This document shows, piece after piece, positions 61,950 through 64,000 of a DNA stretch of 64,000 bases. The stretch lies in assembly GCF_008831285.2 (NCBI RefSeq), contig NC_045138.2:37014001-37078000 (forward strand), given 5' to 3'. The first letter of the stretch is position 1, and each line of letters opens with the position of its first letter. The translations under genes were made by a program, and so were the position numbers. Under the pieces are notes generated by a model. It was given only the letters and a program-made list of their open reading frames with translations, ran no database searches and had not been told where the DNA came from. This DNA is from Nymphaea colorata. Its lineage: Eukaryota.

Positions 61950-64000
61950 TATATTTGTATATATGTAGAGAGAGAGAGCGAGAAAGAGAGAGAGATCATA
62001 GTTCAGGTTATTAGAGCATTGGCCCATTAACCGATGAACTCTGATAGATGTCCAGTCCAAAGTGTGGTATTATCTGTGCCCCCGGTGCTGTTTGTCTTGT
62101 GGTCCTTCAGCCCTTGGGTGAATGCAATCTTTGAAGTGGTCATTTCAATTTTTGTACAGTGAGCATTTCTCATGAATTAAAAAAATCAATGTAAAATTTC
62201 TCGGTTTCCATGCAGGAGGAAGAGAGAAATGGATCCTTGATTTCCTGCATCTATTTTTCTCCATACATTACTCCGGAGTGGCCATTGGTAATTTGTTCTG
62301 GACAAGGCAGCATCTGTTTCTACTACCAAATGTGTGGAGTGAGGAAAGGTATGAATTATGACACAAGTTTCATCCTCACGCTGTGACACGATCTTTCCAG
62401 TCCATGGATGACTTAGAAAAAGGAATTTGTGCATTCTATACAAAATCAGTTCTAGTCTGCAACAGTTTCTGTTGCAAAGCAGCTTCTTAATCACGGCTTT
62501 TTTGTTCTCTTTTATTATTTCTATTATTATCATTGCTCTTAACTTTTTTCTTGTTTCTTTTCCATTACTGCTGGGAAACCTGAAGCTGTCAGATCACCTG
62601 TGCACCATCCTATATAATAAAAAGGTTAGGAAGCATTTCAGAAGCAGAGAGGACACAATATGGAGGCTTATTCTTGCATACAAGGTTGTTCAAGAAAAGC
62701 AAGTCCTTTGGCAAATTTGCAAAACAAGAATCAGTAAGTGGACCTCCAGTCTCCAAAGCATGATGGCACAGCATTAAGTTCAAAAGCTCTAGTATTTGTA
62801 GCAAGTGATATTCCATTTACAACCGGACACCAAAAGATGTCAAGCATGCACACAAAATGTAACCTTGAAGCAAAAGAGGAGCTCTCAATCAATAGCTTGG
62901 ATATTGTGTTTCTTATGCCAATGGGAATCTGTTTTTAGCTTCGTTTCCTTCAAGTTGGAAATGGGTATGCCGCTCCATTGCCTACGACCCGTTATATTCT
63001 TTTGAAAATGAGTGAACTTGAGTTCAGGACGTCTAGCTTGGACTTATCAGGCATTCTGTGTCTCTGATGTGCACAAGCGGTGCCTAAACACAGGCCCGCC
63101 TATTACATGTATCTCTATTTGTAGTATGGAAACGAAGGTGGTACATGACCTAAGAGCTGTGAAAGGAAGTCTTTCATCAGTTTTCCAGAAAGCGAGTGAG
63201 TTTCTATTTGGAAAGTTTCGTGAAAGTGAGTGAGTTTTTAAGAGCTGTACACTTGGTGAGGTTGATCAAGCTTCCTTTCTAAATGTGAGTGGAGAACCAC
63301 TGTTCTGCTTAAAAGAATATTATAAAATGTACAATTTGACAGTCTTAAGCCAATAAAGGCTCTTTTTATCTTACCAAATTAGAGGCCCGTAAGTTAAATG
63401 AAAGAGTATGACGTAAGGAATGGTGCTTTTAGGCATAATCTTGGTAGGGAGTTTGCCTTATCTGAGTCGTTCTGACAAGAAGGGGAGAAAATGTAGATTT
63501 TAGCTTGAGCCTTACATTGTTTAGTGTGGTTCCTATTTTCTTGATTTCTTAAAATTGGCCCTTGGGAATTTTCCCGAAGGCTGCTTATGTGGGATAATAA
63601 AGAATTAGGAAATTATGTAAGATGGAGCGGATTTGGATTGGATTTATGCATATCAAAGAACCATTTCTTTTTCTTTCTCTCAGCATCCAAATTCAGCGCC
63701 AACTTCAATATAATTTGTTTGGCAATCCTAAACCAATCAATGTAATTATCTGTTACACCAAGTACAAGGCGAACTCAAACAACTTAAGTGCCGACATTCA
63801 TTAGACTTTTCCTTGCTTTACAAACTCGTACTTTTGTGTCAAATTACCTAGTTAAGTGCTGATGGTCACGTAATGCGTATTAGCATTATATGGACTTGAG
63901 GTTAAATTAGACTCAGAATACAATATTCAATTGTCATTCTAACTGGGTTTCTTTGTCCAGTTCAAATCCAATAATGGCAAATCGCCCTATATATAGGCAG

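Overview
Eukaryotic (flowering-plant) nuclear DNA with GT-AG introns, microsatellites and many degenerate MITE/TE remnants. I reconstructed seven protein-coding genes exon by exon from splice sites and reading-frame continuity: a WAT1-related/UMAMIT EamA transporter (+, 12602-14859), a MAP65-5-like microtubule bundler (-, 27825-20734), a CYP98A phenylpropanoid 3'-hydroxylase (+, 32337-34724), a Dr1-associated corepressor/NC2-alpha (+, 36405-42829), a small membrane-anchored single-LysM protein (+, 44540-45118), a WPP-LRR RanGAP (-, 47838-46180) and a KHG/KDPG (Eda-like) aldolase (+, 52157-~61201, last exon uncertain). The first ~12 kb has no intact gene. It holds a decayed plastid ndhB insertion (NUPT), a hAT-type MITE with a perfect 8-bp target-site duplication, Tourist-like MITEs and other remnants. 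I see no clearly new multi-gene system. The best leads are: (1) a CYP98A that diverges at substrate-recognition and heme-proximal positions and is very GC-rich in its 3' exons; (2) a LysM protein with a bacterial-looking domain and a putative signal anchor, function unknown; (3) an Eda-like aldolase with altered substrate-binding motifs; (4) possibly ancient UMAMIT-CYP98A linkage; (5) a repeated MYB+TCP site module upstream of CYP98A; (6) an apparent precise intron loss in the UMAMIT gene. Family assignments come from motif recognition and memory, not database searches.
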